A DNA stretch of 64,000 bases from Mytilus edulis (taxonomy: Eukaryota), in assembly GCF_963676685.1 (NCBI RefSeq), contig NC_092350.1:3658001-3722000 (forward strand), read 5' to 3'. The position numbers and the translations under genes are program-made. The notes beneath the pieces are model-generated. The model ran no database searches. It was not told the origin of the DNA and saw only the letters and a list, made by a program, of their open reading frames with translations. Positions 1 through 12,925 of this stretch are shown one piece after another. Within the stretch, counting starts at the first letter, position 1. Every line of letters begins with the position of its first letter.

Positions 1-3000
1 TGATTGATTGTGTTATAGTTACCATTAAAGTATCGTACTGTATCGCCAAGTTTTGTTTTCTCTTTCTAAATATCGTAAACATGAATGTTTGAGCCTTGAT
101 TAGTTGTGTTATAGTGACCATTAAAGTATGGTACTGTATTGCCGATTTTAGATTTCTCTTTCTATATATCGTGATCATGAATGTTTGAGCCTTGATTAAT
201 TGTGTTATAGTTACCATTAAAGTATCGTACTGTATCACCAAGTTTTGTTTTCTCTTTCTAAATATCGTAAACATGAATGTTTGAGCCTTGATTAATTGTG
301 TTATAGTTACCATTAAAGTATCGTACTGTATTGCCGATTTTAGTTTTCTCTTTCTAAATATCGTGATCATGAATGTTTGAGCCTTGATTGATTGTGTTAT
401 AGTTACCATTAAAGTATCGTACTGTATTGCCGATTTTAGATTTCTCTTTATGATATATCGTGATCATGAATGTTTGAGCCTTGATTAATTGTGTTATAGT
501 GACCATTAAAGTATGGTACTGTATTGCCGATTTTAGTTTTCTCTTTCTATATATCGTGATCATGAATGTTTGAGCCTTGATTAATTGTGTTATAGTGACC
601 ATTAAAGTATGGTACTGCATTGCCGATTTTAGTTTTCTGCTTATGATATATCGTGATCATGAATGTTTGAGTCTTGATTGATTGTGTTATAGTGACCATT
701 AAAGTATGGTACTGTATTGCCGATTTTAGTTTTCTGCTTATGATATATCGTGATCATGAATGTTTGAGTCTTGATTGATTGTGTTATAGTGACCATTAAA
801 GTATCGTACTGTATTGCCGATTTTAGTTTTCTCCTTATGATATATCGTGATCATGAATGTTTGAGTCTTGATTGATTGTGTTATAGTTACCATTAAAGTA
901 TCGTACTGTATCGCCAAGTTTTGTTTTCTCTTTCTAAATATCGTAAACATGAATGTTTGAGCCTTGATTAGTTGTGTTATAGTGACCATTAAAGTATGGT
1001 ACTGTATTGCCGATTTTAGATTTCTCTTTCTATATATCGTGATCATGAATGTTTGAGCAAACCTTGATTGATTGTGTTATAGTGACCATTAAAGTATCGT
1101 ACTGTATTGCCGATTTTAGTTTTCTGCTTATGATATATCGTGATCATGAATGTTTGAGTCTTGATTGATTGTGTTATAGTGACCATTAAAGTATGGTACT
1201 GTATTGCCGATTTTAGTTTTCTGCTTATGATATATCGTGATCATGAATGTTTGAGTCTTGATTGATTGTGTTATAGTGACCATTAAAGTATCGTACTGTA
1301 TTGCCGATTTTAGTTTTCTCCTTATGATATATCGTGATCATGAATGTTTGAGTCTTGATTGATTGTGTTATAGTGACCATTAAAGTATGGTACTGTATCG
1401 CAAAGTTTTGTTTTCTCTTTATGATATATCGTGATCATGAATGTTTGAGTCTTGATTAATTGTGTTATAGTGACCATTAAAGAATGGTACTGTATTGCCG
1501 ATTTTTGTTTTCTCTTTATGATATATCGTGATCATGAATGTTTGAGCCTTGATTGATTGTGTTACAGTGACCATTAAAGTATGGTACTGTATTGCCGATT
1601 TTAGATTTCTCTTTCTATATATCGTGATCATGAATGTTTGAGCCTTGATTGATTGTGTTATAGTTACCATTAAAGAATGGTACTGTATTGCCGATTTTAG
1701 ATTTCTCTTTCTATATATCGTGATCATGAATGTTTGAGCCTTGATTGATTGTGTTATAGTGATCATTAAAGAATGGTACTGTATTGCCGATTTTAGATTT
1801 CTCTTTCTATATATCGTCATCATGAATGTTTGAGCCTTGATTGATTGTGTTATAGTTACCATTAAAGTATCGTACTGTATCGCCAAGTTTTGTTTTTTTT
1901 TTCTATATATCGTCATCATGAATGTTTGAGCCTTGATTAATTGTGTTATAGTGACCATTAAAGTATCGTACTGTATTGCCGATTTTTGTTTTCTCTTTCT
2001 ATATATCGTGATCATGAATGTTTGAGCCTTGATTGATTGTGTAATAGTGACCATTAAAGAATGGTACTGCATTGCCGATTTTTGTTTTTTCTTTCTATAT
2101 ATCGTGATTATGAATGATTGAGCCTTGATTGATTGTGTTATAGTGACCATTAAAGTATCGTACTGTATTGCCGATTTTTGTTTTCTCTTTATGATATATC
2201 GTGATCATGAATGTTTGAGCCTTGATTGATTGTGTTATAGTTACCATTAAAGTATCGTACTGTATCGCCAAGTTTTGTTTTCTCTTTCTATATATCGTGA
2301 TCATGAATGTTTGAGCCTTGATTAATTGTGTTATAGTTACCATTAAAGTATCGTACTGTATTGCCGATTTTTGATTTCTCTTTCTATATATCGTGATTAT
2401 GAATGTTTGAGCCTTGATTAATTGTGTTATAGTGACCATTAAAGAATGATACTGTATTGCCGATTTTTGTTTTCTCTTTCTATATATCGTGATTATGAAT
2501 GTTTGAGCCTTGATTAATTGTGTTATAGTTACCATTAAAGTATCGTACTGTATTGCCGATTTTAGTTTTCTCTTTCTATATATCGTGATTATAAATGTTT
2601 GAGCCTTGATTAATTGTGTTATAGTTACCATTAAAGAATGGTACTGTATTGCCGATTTTTGTTTTCTTTTTCTATATATCGTGATTATGAATGTTTGAGC
2701 CTTGATTAATTGTGTTATAGTTACCATTAAAGTATCGTACTGTATCACCAAGTTTTGTTTTCTCTTTCTATATATCGTGATTATGAATGTTTGAGCCTTG
2801 ATTGATTGTGTTATAGTTACCATTAAAGTATCGTACTGTATTGCCGATTTTAGATTTCTCTTTATGATATATCGTGATTATGAATGTTTGAGCCTTGATT
2901 AATTGTGTTATAGTGACCATTAAAGTATCGTACTGTATTGCCGATTTTAGATTTCTCTTTCTATATATCGTGATTATGAATGTTTGAGCAAACCTTGATT

Positions 3001-4660
3001 GATTGTGTTATAGTTACCATTAAAGTATCGTACTGTATTGCCGATTTTAGATTTCTCTTTATGATATATCGTGATTATGAATGTTTGAGCCTTGATTAAT
3101 TGTGTTACAGTGACCATTAAAGTATGGTACTGTATTGCCGATTTTAGTTTTCTCTTTCTATATATCGTGATCATGAATGTTTGAGCCTTGATTGATTGTG
3201 TTATAGTTACCATTAAAGTATCGTACTGTATTGCCGATTTTAGATTTCTCTTTATGATATATCGTGATTATGAATGTTTGAGCCTTGATTAATTGTGTTA
3301 TAGTGACCATTAAAGTATGGTACTGTATTGCCGATTTTAGATTTCTCTTTCTATATATCGTGATCATGAATGTTTGAGCCTTGATTGATTGTGTTATAGT
3401 TACCATTAAAGTATGGTACTGTATTGCCGATTTTAGTTTTCTCTTTCTATATATCATGATTATGAATGTTTGAGCCTTGATTAATTGTGTTATAGTTACC
3501 ATTAAAGTATCGTACTGTATCGCCAAGTTTTGTTTTCTCTTTCTAAATATCGTAAACATGAATGTTTGAGCCTTGATTGATTGTGTTATAGTTACCATTA
3601 AAGTATGGTACTGCATTGCCGATTTTTGTTTTCTCTTTCTATATATCGTGATTATGAATGTTCGAGCCTAGATTGATTGTGTTATAGTTACCATTAAAGA
3701 ATGGTACTGTATTGCCGATTTTAGTTTTCTCTTTCTATATATCGTGATCATGAATGTTTGAGCCTTGATTGATTGTGTTATAGTTACCATTAAAGTATCG
3801 TACTGTATTGCCGATTTTAGATTTCTCTTTATGATATATCGTGATTATGAATGTTTGAGCCTTGATTAATTGTGTTATAGTTACCATTAAAGAATGGTAC
3901 TGTATTGCCGATTTTAGATTTCTCTTTATGATATATCGTGATTATGAATGTTTGAGCCTTGATTGATTGTGTTATAGTGACCATTAAAGTATCGTACTGT
4001 ATTGCCGATTTTAGATTTCTCTTTCTATATATCGTGATCATGAATGTTTGAGCCTTGATTGATTGTGTTATAGTGACCATTAAAGTATGGTACTGCATTG
4101 CCGATTTTTGTTTTCTCTTTCTATATATCGTGATCATGAATGTTTGAGCCTTGATTGATTGTGTTATAATGACCATTAAAGAATGGTACTGCATTGCCGA
4201 TTTTTGTTTTCTCTTTCTATATATCGTGATTATGAATGTTTGAGCCTTGATTGATTGTGTTATAGTTACCATTAAAGTATCGTACTGTATTGCCGATTTT
4301 AGTTTTCTCTTTCTAAATATCGTCATCATGAATGTTTGAGCAAACCTTGATTGATTGTGTTATAGTGAACATTAAAGTATCGTACTGTATTGCCGATTTT
4401 AGTTTTCTCCTTATGATATATCATGATCATGAATGTTTGAGCCTTGATTGATTGTGTTATAGTGACCATTAAAGTATGGTACTGTATTGCCGAGTTTTGT
4501 TTTCTCTTTATGATATATCGTGATCATGAATGTTTGAGCAAACCTTGATTGATTGTGTTATAGTTACCATTTAAGTATCGTACTGTATTGCCGATTTTAG
4601 TTTTCTCTTTATGATATATCGTGATCATGAATGTTTGAACAAACCTTGATTGATTGTGTT
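1..4660. repeat. Tandem satellite, 96-bp monomer (~48 copies; a few 99-bp variants), runs off the left window edge
   Basis: tgattgattgtgttatagttaccattaaagtat... recurs at 1, 97, 193, etc. The variant gagcaaacc (+3 bp) occurs at ~1057, 2988, 4340, 4538 and 4638. The 32-aa periodic ORFs in the track follow from 96 bp = 32 codons. Confidence 0.98.
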
Positions 4661-4814
4661 TTTATTGATACTTGTGTTTTTATTGATACTTGAAAACAGT
4701 ATTGAAACTACTTGAAGCTTATCTTTGTCTAATAAAGTGCAATACACAGTACGAATAACTTAATGGACATATAGCACTTTCAGAACGGTATTTATATATT
4801 CATATCACATTAGA

Positions 4815-7316
4815 ATGAGGAGTATAATTTATTCAGTATTTTCTATTATCATTTACTGTTATGATTTTGTACAGGCATCAGACTGTGATATCAAATATGA
4901 TTTTAAGGAGAAGGAGGAAGTAAAAATAGCAGATTGTAAAAACAAAGGACTGAATTTTATACCTCAGGATTTACCGGGAGATATAGAAGTTTTAGATATG
5001 AGTTTTAATCGATTGCAAATTATTGGGAACAATTCTTTCGTTAATTATAGAGATCTGCAAGAAATTTACCTGAGTCGCAACCAACTACGTTATTTATCTA
5101 ACAAATCATTTCAAGGATTACATAAACTTACAATACTCGACATGTCTGGAAATATCCTTAATTTATCTAAAGTGTATTCAACAGATCTATTTCATCAAAT
5201 TAAAAACTTAACAAAATTGGATATCAGGAGAAATATGCCTCAACCAATAGGATTTGTTACGGATTATAATTATCCCGATCATGCATTCGGTATTCTGACG
5301 GAGTTGTCGTTCCTAGGAATCGATATGAAGCCTTTGCCACACTTTGGAAGTGGATTCGGTCACATGACCACTCTTAAAGAATTACACTTTGAATCATGTT
5401 ATTTAGTTCACTTGTCAAATAAAACCTTTGAGAGATTTTCATCCTCTGTAGAACAGCTGTCTATCAGAAATTGTCGGTTACACTTTGTTGTCACAGAATA
5501 TAACGCATTGTTACCGTTTCCAAATCTTCATGTGATAGATTTTTCTGGAACGTTCATGCATTTGAAGCACGCATTGCAGCTGTTACACCCATATCGTAAT
5601 GCCAATATATCGACAATAAACTTCGGTCATGTGAGTGACATTAGTATTGACAGTGCCGATATCCCGTATGTTACGACAATTACAGTTGACATAATGAAGC
5701 ACCTGAAAACTATTTGTGTAGAAAATTTAGATTTATCACAGAATGGTATAATAGATTACGAGCCTGGATCTTTGTTCTCATTTGATCACCTTGAATGTTT
5801 ACAACATATTTCTTTTAAAGAAAACAGGTTTTTGCTTGCAAGCGAGAAAAATCTAAATGAGATAAAACATTTCTTTTATAGAACTGTTAGATTAAAATCG
5901 TTCGACTATTCATATAATACTGTCAACTATTTTAAACATAATTCAGTTTCTTCAAATTCAGATTTAAATTGTTCATTTCACAGTTGTGTGATATTACCAA
6001 AGTCACTTGAAAAAATAGATGTCAGTTACACCATAGCAAATACTTTCCCTGAAATAATTCTTATAGTACCTAAAAATAACAGTCTTACATATCTAGATGT
6101 ATCGTATTCAAGATCAAATATTGCCATAATCATTCTTCAAATTCGATTGGAAACATTTATTGCTGATGGTGTAGACTATATATTTGCATGGAATCAATTA
6201 CAACGTTCTTCTTATAACACCGTAAAAACAATTATATGGAAAAACGCCGAACTGGATAATGCATTTAGACTATTCGGTAATCGGTTTTTCAAAAGTACTA
6301 GATCTGTCGAGTCAATAGATATATCTGGAAATAGCATTTGGTATATCCCGGACGACCTATTTAAGCCAATGCCAAACTTGACAAATCTGTCTTTAAGTAA
6401 AAATTCACTTCAGGCTATTCCGGTACAACTGAGTGATCATGCTAAAGTACAAACGCTGGACGTAAGGAAGAATAGATTAACAAGTGTGAGCTCAGCTATC
6501 AGAGGCTGGGCAGATAAAATGCAAGAACTGCATGGAATGACTTTACATCTCACTGATAATGCATTTGAGTGCAATTGTGACAATATAGACTTTATAAGGT
6601 GGATTCAGACTACAAAGGTTAATCTGGACAGCCGATCATATAAATGTAAATTATCTAACGGAACAGTTATCGATACACTTATTGCGTACAACTCTTTATA
6701 TGACTTATTTGCAGACTGTAAGAATACTATGTGGTTAACGTTTGCATCAACATTATTATCGACATTCATAACGATCTCAATGCTACTTATAGCCTATAGC
6801 AAGAGATGGAAAATCATCTTCTCTATCTATGGAGTAATTCGCCGTGTTGTTGAGCGTAAAGTCAGGAAGTGCTTCCAATATGACGTGTATATATCATATG
6901 AAGGAGATATTGTCATTTGGATTAAAAATGTATTAATACCAAAACTTGAGACCGAGTGGGGACTGACGATGTGTATAAAAGATCGAGATTTTTTAAGTGG
7001 ACCGAGCCAAGCGGACAATGAGGCAGAAAGCATCCAAAACAGCAGGTCTATTATATTTCTCATCACGCCTGAATTCATATCGTCACCTGATTGTAAGTTT
7101 GAACTTGACCGGGCAAAATATGAGAGAATTACAAAAAATCTGGAGCGTATCATTATCATTACAAAAGATGTAGCAATTACTGATATTCCTGTAGAGTTTT
7201 CGTACATTTGGAATTATGCATTTATTATACAATGGCCGAACAATCTAGAGGACTTGAATGATACTTGGAGGAAACTGAGGATGTTTCTTACAGATGGCTT
7301 AATTACTGAGAAGTAA
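4815..7316 (+). CDS. Toll-like receptor, intact, 833 aa, single coding exon (TLR-A)
   Basis: Signal peptide; LRRNT (CDI..ADCKNKGLNFIPQDLP); LxxLxLxxNxL repeats; LRRCT (NAFECNCDNIDFIRW..YKC..C); TM (WLTFASTLLSTFITISMLLIAY); TIR (YDVYISY, CIKDRDF, CKFEL, WRKL). Confidence 0.97.
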   Translation: MRSIIYSVFSIIIYCYDFVQASDCDIKYDFKEKEEVKIADCKNKGLNFIPQDLPGDIEVLDMSFNRLQIIGNNSFVNYRDLQEIYLSRNQLRYLSNKSFQGLHKLTILDMSGNILNLSKVYSTDLFHQIKNLTKLDIRRNMPQPIGFVTDYNYPDHAFGILTELSFLGIDMKPLPHFGSGFGHMTTLKELHFESCYLVHLSNKTFERFSSSVEQLSIRNCRLHFVVTEYNALLPFPNLHVIDFSGTFMHLKHALQLLHPYRNANISTINFGHVSDISIDSADIPYVTTITVDIMKHLKTICVENLDLSQNGIIDYEPGSLFSFDHLECLQHISFKENRFLLASEKNLNEIKHFFYRTVRLKSFDYSYNTVNYFKHNSVSSNSDLNCSFHSCVILPKSLEKIDVSYTIANTFPEIILIVPKNNSLTYLDVSYSRSNIAIIILQIRLETFIADGVDYIFAWNQLQRSSYNTVKTIIWKNAELDNAFRLFGNRFFKSTRSVESIDISGNSIWYIPDDLFKPMPNLTNLSLSKNSLQAIPVQLSDHAKVQTLDVRKNRLTSVSSAIRGWADKMQELHGMTLHLTDNAFECNCDNIDFIRWIQTTKVNLDSRSYKCKLSNGTVIDTLIAYNSLYDLFADCKNTMWLTFASTLLSTFITISMLLIAYSKRWKIIFSIYGVIRRVVERKVRKCFQYDVYISYEGDIVIWIKNVLIPKLETEWGLTMCIKDRDFLSGPSQADNEAESIQNSRSIIFLITPEFISSPDCKFELDRAKYERITKNLERIIIITKDVAITDIPVEFSYIWNYAFIIQWPNNLEDLNDTWRKLRMFLTDGLITEK

Positions 7317-7435
7317 ACAAATTGATAGAAATTAATAAGACAATGTTTACGTACATACCATTAAAGTTCACTTTGATATTGTTTCAGAATTGTATTATCA
7401 TTATTTGGAATTTAGTTATAAGTAATACCACTAAC

Positions 7436-7650
7436 ATATTGAACTCCGAGGAAAATTCAAAACTGAAAGTTCCCAATCAAATGGCAAAATTAAAAGCTCA
7501 AACATATCAAACGAATGGATAACAACTATACATTCCTGACATGGTACAGGCATTTTCAATGGTAGATTGAACCGGGTTTTATAGCTAGCGAAGCCTTTTA
7601 CTTCTTTGACAGTCGCATCAAATTCCATTATATTGACAACAATGCGTGAT
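7436..7650 (+). repeat. Interspersed repeat family (gaactccgaggaaaattcaaa...cctgacttggtacagg...gacagtcgcatcaaattcc)
   Basis: Related copies at ~27132-27268, ~39714-39930 and ~62281-62407, and reversed at ~49395-49486 plus 60929-61215 (split by the Gypsy element). Confidence 0.8.
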
Positions 7651-9284
7651 ATATCATCAAAGTTGGGTCTGTATCATTTGTTTTAATAATACTCTAGTAT
7701 CAGCCCAAATCCTTTCCTAAATTATATAATGTAATGTTGTCATTGTAATGTTATGATTAACATTGCAAGTAAAGCGGGAGGTTTGGTATGCCACAAAACA
7801 AGGTTCAACCCACCATTTATTTTCTTAAAATGCCCTGTACCAAGTCAGGAAAATGGCCATTGTTATATAATATTTCGTTTCTGTGTTTGTTACATTTTAA
7901 AGTTGTGTTTCTGTTGTGTTGTAGTTCTCTCATATTTGATACGTTTCCCTCAGTTTTAGTTTGTTACCCGGATTTGTGTTTTCTCTATCGATTTATGAAT
8001 TTGGAACAGCGGTATACTACTATTGTCTTTATATATATTAAATATATTTCATATATGTATACATAAACATGATAAAGTTTCATTTTTTTGAATATAAATA
8101 ATTCATTTCAAGCAATTTTTGTTGTTGTTTGAATAACCCATGCAAAATAACATTGTAGTCTTGCATTCATATATTATTAAAGTTCAGGGAAACTCATCCA
8201 ATTCAAAGAATATGATTAAGTTATAATCCATGTATACATAAAGATCACCGATACTGCTTTCCATACTTTATTGAGATTATATGATGATGGTTTAACCCAA
8301 ATAATCCAGTCGTGATATTTCGATCACTACGATCGCTCCTCGAGAAAAGTAGTGGACAGAGAGCGCTGAATTATTTACGTTAACGATGCATATGGTTAAG
8401 CAGTGTAATAAAGATTACTGATACTGCCTTATTCTGTCATACCACATCTTCTTTTTTGTATATTGAGATTATATGGTGATGGTTAAGCAGTGTAATAACT
8501 ATTAGGAAGTAGAAAAACAAATATTGTCACTCCGCACGTATAAATCATTGTGTCACTGCGAACGTATAAATCATTGAACATGTGGGTTTATCTTGCAGAC
8601 AGTTTATCCTAGGTGTTCAAACGGAACAATCATTAAAAACCTGTTTTGTAATGAGATTTATCTAAATTTCAGTGAATCAAACTTTATTAATTAAGACTTA
8701 TAACAAAAAGTTCTGAAAGTTCAACGAGAACATGGAATACATCTAGGCAACAATTGTTACAATCACTTTGATTATGCATAATATGATAAAAATAATATTA
8801 AGCAGATTTCTGACGTCCGATGCACTTTTATAAATTTACTTTCATCAGGAAATCACGCAACAACCGTTTGAAAGCAAAGGATGTATAGATACATAGAAAC
8901 TAAGATGGACATAATAAAGTATATATCAAAATGAGTAAAATGCCTTAAGTTTTAAAAATCAGAAATATGTTTGCATAGATTTTCATTGAAAGTCATTGCT
9001 CAGTATAATAAGTTCAGTAAACTCTGTTGAAATATCAAGAAACATGACAATTATTCTGTATGTCTTAAAATTTTGTAAAATTATTTTTTAATCAATAAAA
9101 GGTAATATTTACCTCACATATTAATTGTCCAGATTTGGCTTTGATTGTTTGATCTTATTTGGTTTTTTTTCAGCTCTTCTACGTCCGTATTAACATTTCA
9201 GGTTTTCTAACAACAGTCACAGTAACGCATACAACACTTACACATCTTACTTGACCTCAATTAACAGCGGTAACTGTAAATAAA

Positions 9285-9550
9285 CTCATCATAGATATTA
9301 GGATTAAATTTGTTATTACGCCAGACGCGCGTTTCGTCTACAAAAGACTCATCAGTGACGCTCGAATCTGAAAAAGTTAAAAAGGCCAAATAAAGTTAAA
9401 AAAAAAGGTTGATGAGCATTGAAGACCTAAAAGGTTTTACAAAATACAGCTACGGTAATCTATTCCTGAGGTAGTATTAGTATTTCAAAAATTCAAAAGT
9501 TTTGTAAACAGTTAATTTATAAATATGACCATATCAATGATAATTCGTAA
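9285..9550 (-). mobile_element. Retrozyme-like short repeat carrying a type I hammerhead ribozyme
   Basis: Flanks are shared with copies at ~37510-37690 and ~49010-49370; it contains the hammerhead at 9318-9361. Confidence 0.75.
9318..9361 (-). ncRNA. Type I hammerhead ribozyme, canonical core
   Basis: Minus strand reads gcgtca-CTGATGA-gtct tttgt agac-GAAA-cgcgcg-TC-tggcgt: stems I and II pair, stem III is palindromic, GUC cleavage triplet. Confidence 0.9.
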
Positions 9551-9554
9551 CGTA

Positions 9555-10910
9555 AACAACACTGACACAGCTATCTTGACATTTGTTACCATATACAACA
9601 CTGACACATCTTACTTGACATTTGTAACCATATACAACACTGACACATCTTACTTGACATTTGTTACCATATTCAACACTGACACATCTTACTGGACAGT
9701 TGGGACAACATCCCTAATGCGCCTCGAAATGAGGAACTCAAAAGTCACGTGTAAAGAAAAAATCTCTGTGTAGTGATATTGGACATGTTTCTATTTTTAA
9801 CAAATGACTAAACTTAATCATTTGTGGTGATTAGGAAAGTAGAGGAACATAGAATAAATGTGTAAAAATATGGAGCTATTGAATGTGTTCAAAGTATTAA
9901 ATTTTCAAAGAACTTATTGTGTTAAAAAGGGGATATTTTACCACAAGGAGCCGCATCACAAAAGGATGTTCGGGGTTTGCTAATTTACGGAAAAAGTAAT
10001 CTCACTTTGTACCCCGAAAATTTAACCACATATGTGAAAATGTCACAGCTTCGAAACGAGCTATCATACATATCCAAGTTTACGATATGGACTGAGCTAC
10101 AGGAAAAAACGTTACCATTACCGCCTATGTAAAAACAATTAAAGATATTGAGCCATTTGTTACGACGGTTCTGGTAACGCATATAACACTTTCACTGTTA
10201 ACTTGACAGATGAAATGACACATCTTACATGACAGTTGTAACGGCGGTAACAGTATCGCATACAACACTTTCAAAGCTAACTTGTCATTTGAAACAGCGA
10301 TTACAATAACGCATACAACACTGACAATGTTTTATTTGACATTTGATTGCGATTGTTGTAGCACATACAACACTAACAATGTTTTATTTGACATTTGATT
10401 GCGATTGTTGTAGCACATACAACACTGACAATGTTTTATTTGACATTTGATTGCGATTGTTGTAGCACATACAACACTGGCAATGTTTTATTTGACATTT
10501 GATTGCGATTGTTGTAGCACATACAACACTGACAATGTTTTATTTGACATTTGATTGCGATTGTTGTAGCACATACAACACTGGCAATGTTTTATTTGAC
10601 ATTTGAAATAGCGATTGTTGTAGCACATACAACACTTACACTGTCTTACTTGACATTAAATAGTTATGCATACATCATTGACACATCTTACTTGACATCT
10701 GTAAGATCGGTTGCAGTAACGAATGCAACACTGACATCTAACTTGACATTTGAAACAGCGATTGCTGTAACGCATATAACACTGACACATCTTACATGAC
10801 ACTTGTAACGGCGTAACAGTATCGCATTCAACACTTACACAGCTAACTTGTCATTTGTAACGGCGGTTACAGTAGCGCATTCAACATTAACACATCTTAC
10901 GTGACATTAT
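9555..10910. repeat. Diverged minisatellite family (acaacactgacacatcttacttgacatttg), with a homogeneous ~52-bp sub-array at ~10310-10630; non-repeat DNA at ~9710-10180
   Basis: Repeated acaacactgaca...ttgacattt motif; 42-bp units at ~9560-9700 and 52-54-bp units at ~10180-10910. Confidence 0.85.
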
Positions 10911-11024
10911 TGTAATGAATGAGTTAAACGAACATAATTTTCTTCAATTTAAAAACTAAGCATGCTAAATAATGCATGGAATTCAAACGTTGTTTTAAAA
11001 ATGTATATTTTATAAATTAGGTAT

Positions 11025-11146
11025 AAAAGAGGGACGAAAGATACCAAAGGGACAGTCAAACTCATAAATCGAAAATAAACTGACAACGCCATGGCTAAAA
11101 ATGAAAAAGACAAACAGACAAACAATAGTACACATGACACAACATA
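11025..11146 (-). mobile_element. 3' terminal fragment of the Naiad-type Penelope family seen at 44870-47893
   Basis: Reverse complement of ...tgtgtcatgtgtactattg...tttggtatctttcgtccctcttt (47775-47893). Confidence 0.85.
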
Positions 11147-11454
11147 TAAGATAATACATTTTATACCATTGGATCGAGAACTAATGGATCTTAATTTCAG
11201 AGATTTATTATACCAAAATGCCTTACTTGACAAATATCTACTAGGATCAGGCACAATTTCAAAAATGGCTTGACCATATGAATACCTTTACCATATAGGT
11301 ATTTCATCATTTATCAACTTCAAGTCAGATTTTGAACGCATTAAGCATATGCTTAAATTCAATTAATTTCACCTTGATTCTGCGCCATACAATACAGTAT
11401 GACAAATTTGACCAAACTTATCTAAAATCATCTTTAGGTTGAAAAAATGTGACC

Positions 11455-11593
11455 TGATTTCCGTTATAGCACATTCCCAATGACCATCAAACAAAAAGGA
11501 TTTTAGTAAATCAATCACAAACTGTCCTGCATGATTATCCAAATGCGTTGTTATCGAATCCCAGCAGTATAGATGAATGTAGAAATTATCCAT
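11455..11593 (-). pseudogene. Polinton penton/minor-capsid-like protein, N-terminal fragment
   Basis: MDNFYIHLYCWDSITTHLDNHAGQFVIDLLKSFLFDGHWECAITEI fits the F-Y-x-x-L-x-S...N...F...L...G-x-W-E-x-A-L-x-E-I start of Polinton pentons; it lies immediately downstream of the integrase. Confidence 0.7.
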
Positions 11594-11629
11594 AGTAGTC
11601 GTCTTACACTCTTTTTTGTTTGTTTTCAA

Positions 11630-12715
11630 GGGCTCTTATAGTTTTTCAGCATAGTTTGAGGTATCCATTAATTAAACTTGCTTGGCCAGCCCATCCATTT
11701 CACATACACCTTTCCTCTTCTCTTACGTAATACTTTTTCTATACGATAAACGGTATCATCAGTTATGGTCACTTTGCTGAGTTCTCCACTTTGAAATGTC
11801 CCCTGAATAACAAAACCTTTCGTATCTTTCAGAACGAAATAGGGGAGTCCTTGTCTTTTTCCTCTGTCAGCAACTATAAAATACTCCATCGTCAAACGCT
11901 CGTCATACTCACGGTCAAACACGTAACGTAATTTTGAAATTCTGACTGTTTCACCCAGACGAAAGGCATACCGAGGTGTTGTTTTCTTTTTCTTTCTTTG
12001 AGTTTTTAGATTGCATTTTCCATAACCTAATTTCATCCTTTTGATTCACATTTTTTGGAGCTATCTTTATTGATCGATGAACCGTAGCATTATAACTTTG
12101 TGTCACTGATGCCAAAACATCAATTCATCGATGCAACTGATGTCTAGTCATATATCGACTGAGTCTAAACTTTATCTTTTTAATCCCTCGTTCAGCGTAG
12201 GATGCTTTTAATTCATTGTCAGTGAAAAACTGGTCTATAATTCTTTCCTGGAGTAGTTTTGCCACCTCCCGGTTTTTATATTTAACTCCTTTGTCAGAGC
12301 GAAATTTAGTTGGCTTTCTACCCTCTCTAAAAATTGATTCTCATGTATCTCACATCTCCACTCCTTTGGCGGATCTGAGAACCTTTGTCCATATGAATCG
12401 AGAGAAGATATCAATCGCTAGTACGAAGTAGGCATATCCATCATTGTCTTTAGTGTACGTTGTTAACACAGCAGTGTCAACATCCCATCGGTAGTCGATA
12501 TATGGTGAGATTACTTGAGCACGAGGAAATGTTCTATTCACTTGGCGATGAAGGCCAAACGTCTATTGAGTTACCAACCATTTTCTAATTTTCGTTTTTC
12601 CTAGTACATACTTTCATTCTTTCCGCACTGCTTTATATAGTTCATTCACACCTGACAAAGATCCGGGGTGTTGTGGGTTGTAATATATCTTCTCCGAATA
12701 ATCTTTATATTTCAT
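11630..12715 (-). pseudogene. Polinton retroviral-like (c-)integrase with C-terminal chromodomain, disrupted
   Basis: YYNPQHPGSLSGV...RWDVD...AIDIFSRF...FRSDKG...YAERGIK (DDE)...FRLGETVRISK...YRIEKVLRKRRGKVYVKWMGWPSKFN. Confidence 0.92.
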
Positions 12716-12925
12716 CGTTATTATGTTCTTGCTTGAAACTCCCTCTTAATAATCTTTTTCACAAAACCATGAAATCATCTCGTGTTTCCATGTATCAAGC
12801 TCTTTATTATCCATATAACATCACAATCGGGTGTTATCATTTCGAATGCACAACAGAATAGACAAAAAACTCGCAACGTTTATTGCCAACAACAAACGTC
12901 AAAATGTTCTATCTATATCCATCGC

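Noticed and set aside
354-4329. Repetitive ORFs with 32-aa periodicity, and a possible CRISPR-like array
   Set aside because: By-product of the 96-bp monomer; the frames are broken at random, there are no unique spacers, and the context is eukaryotic.
6827-7207. Antisense ORFs over TIR, RT and integrase regions (also 23904, 53669, 55629, 58472, 63296, 63662)
   Set aside because: Shadow frames of real coding sequence on the opposite strand.
11146-11455. Continuation of the Polinton penton
   Set aside because: Similarity stops after WECAITEI; the remainder (ILDKFGQICHTVLYGAE) looks more like a decayed LINE fragment, too weak to call.
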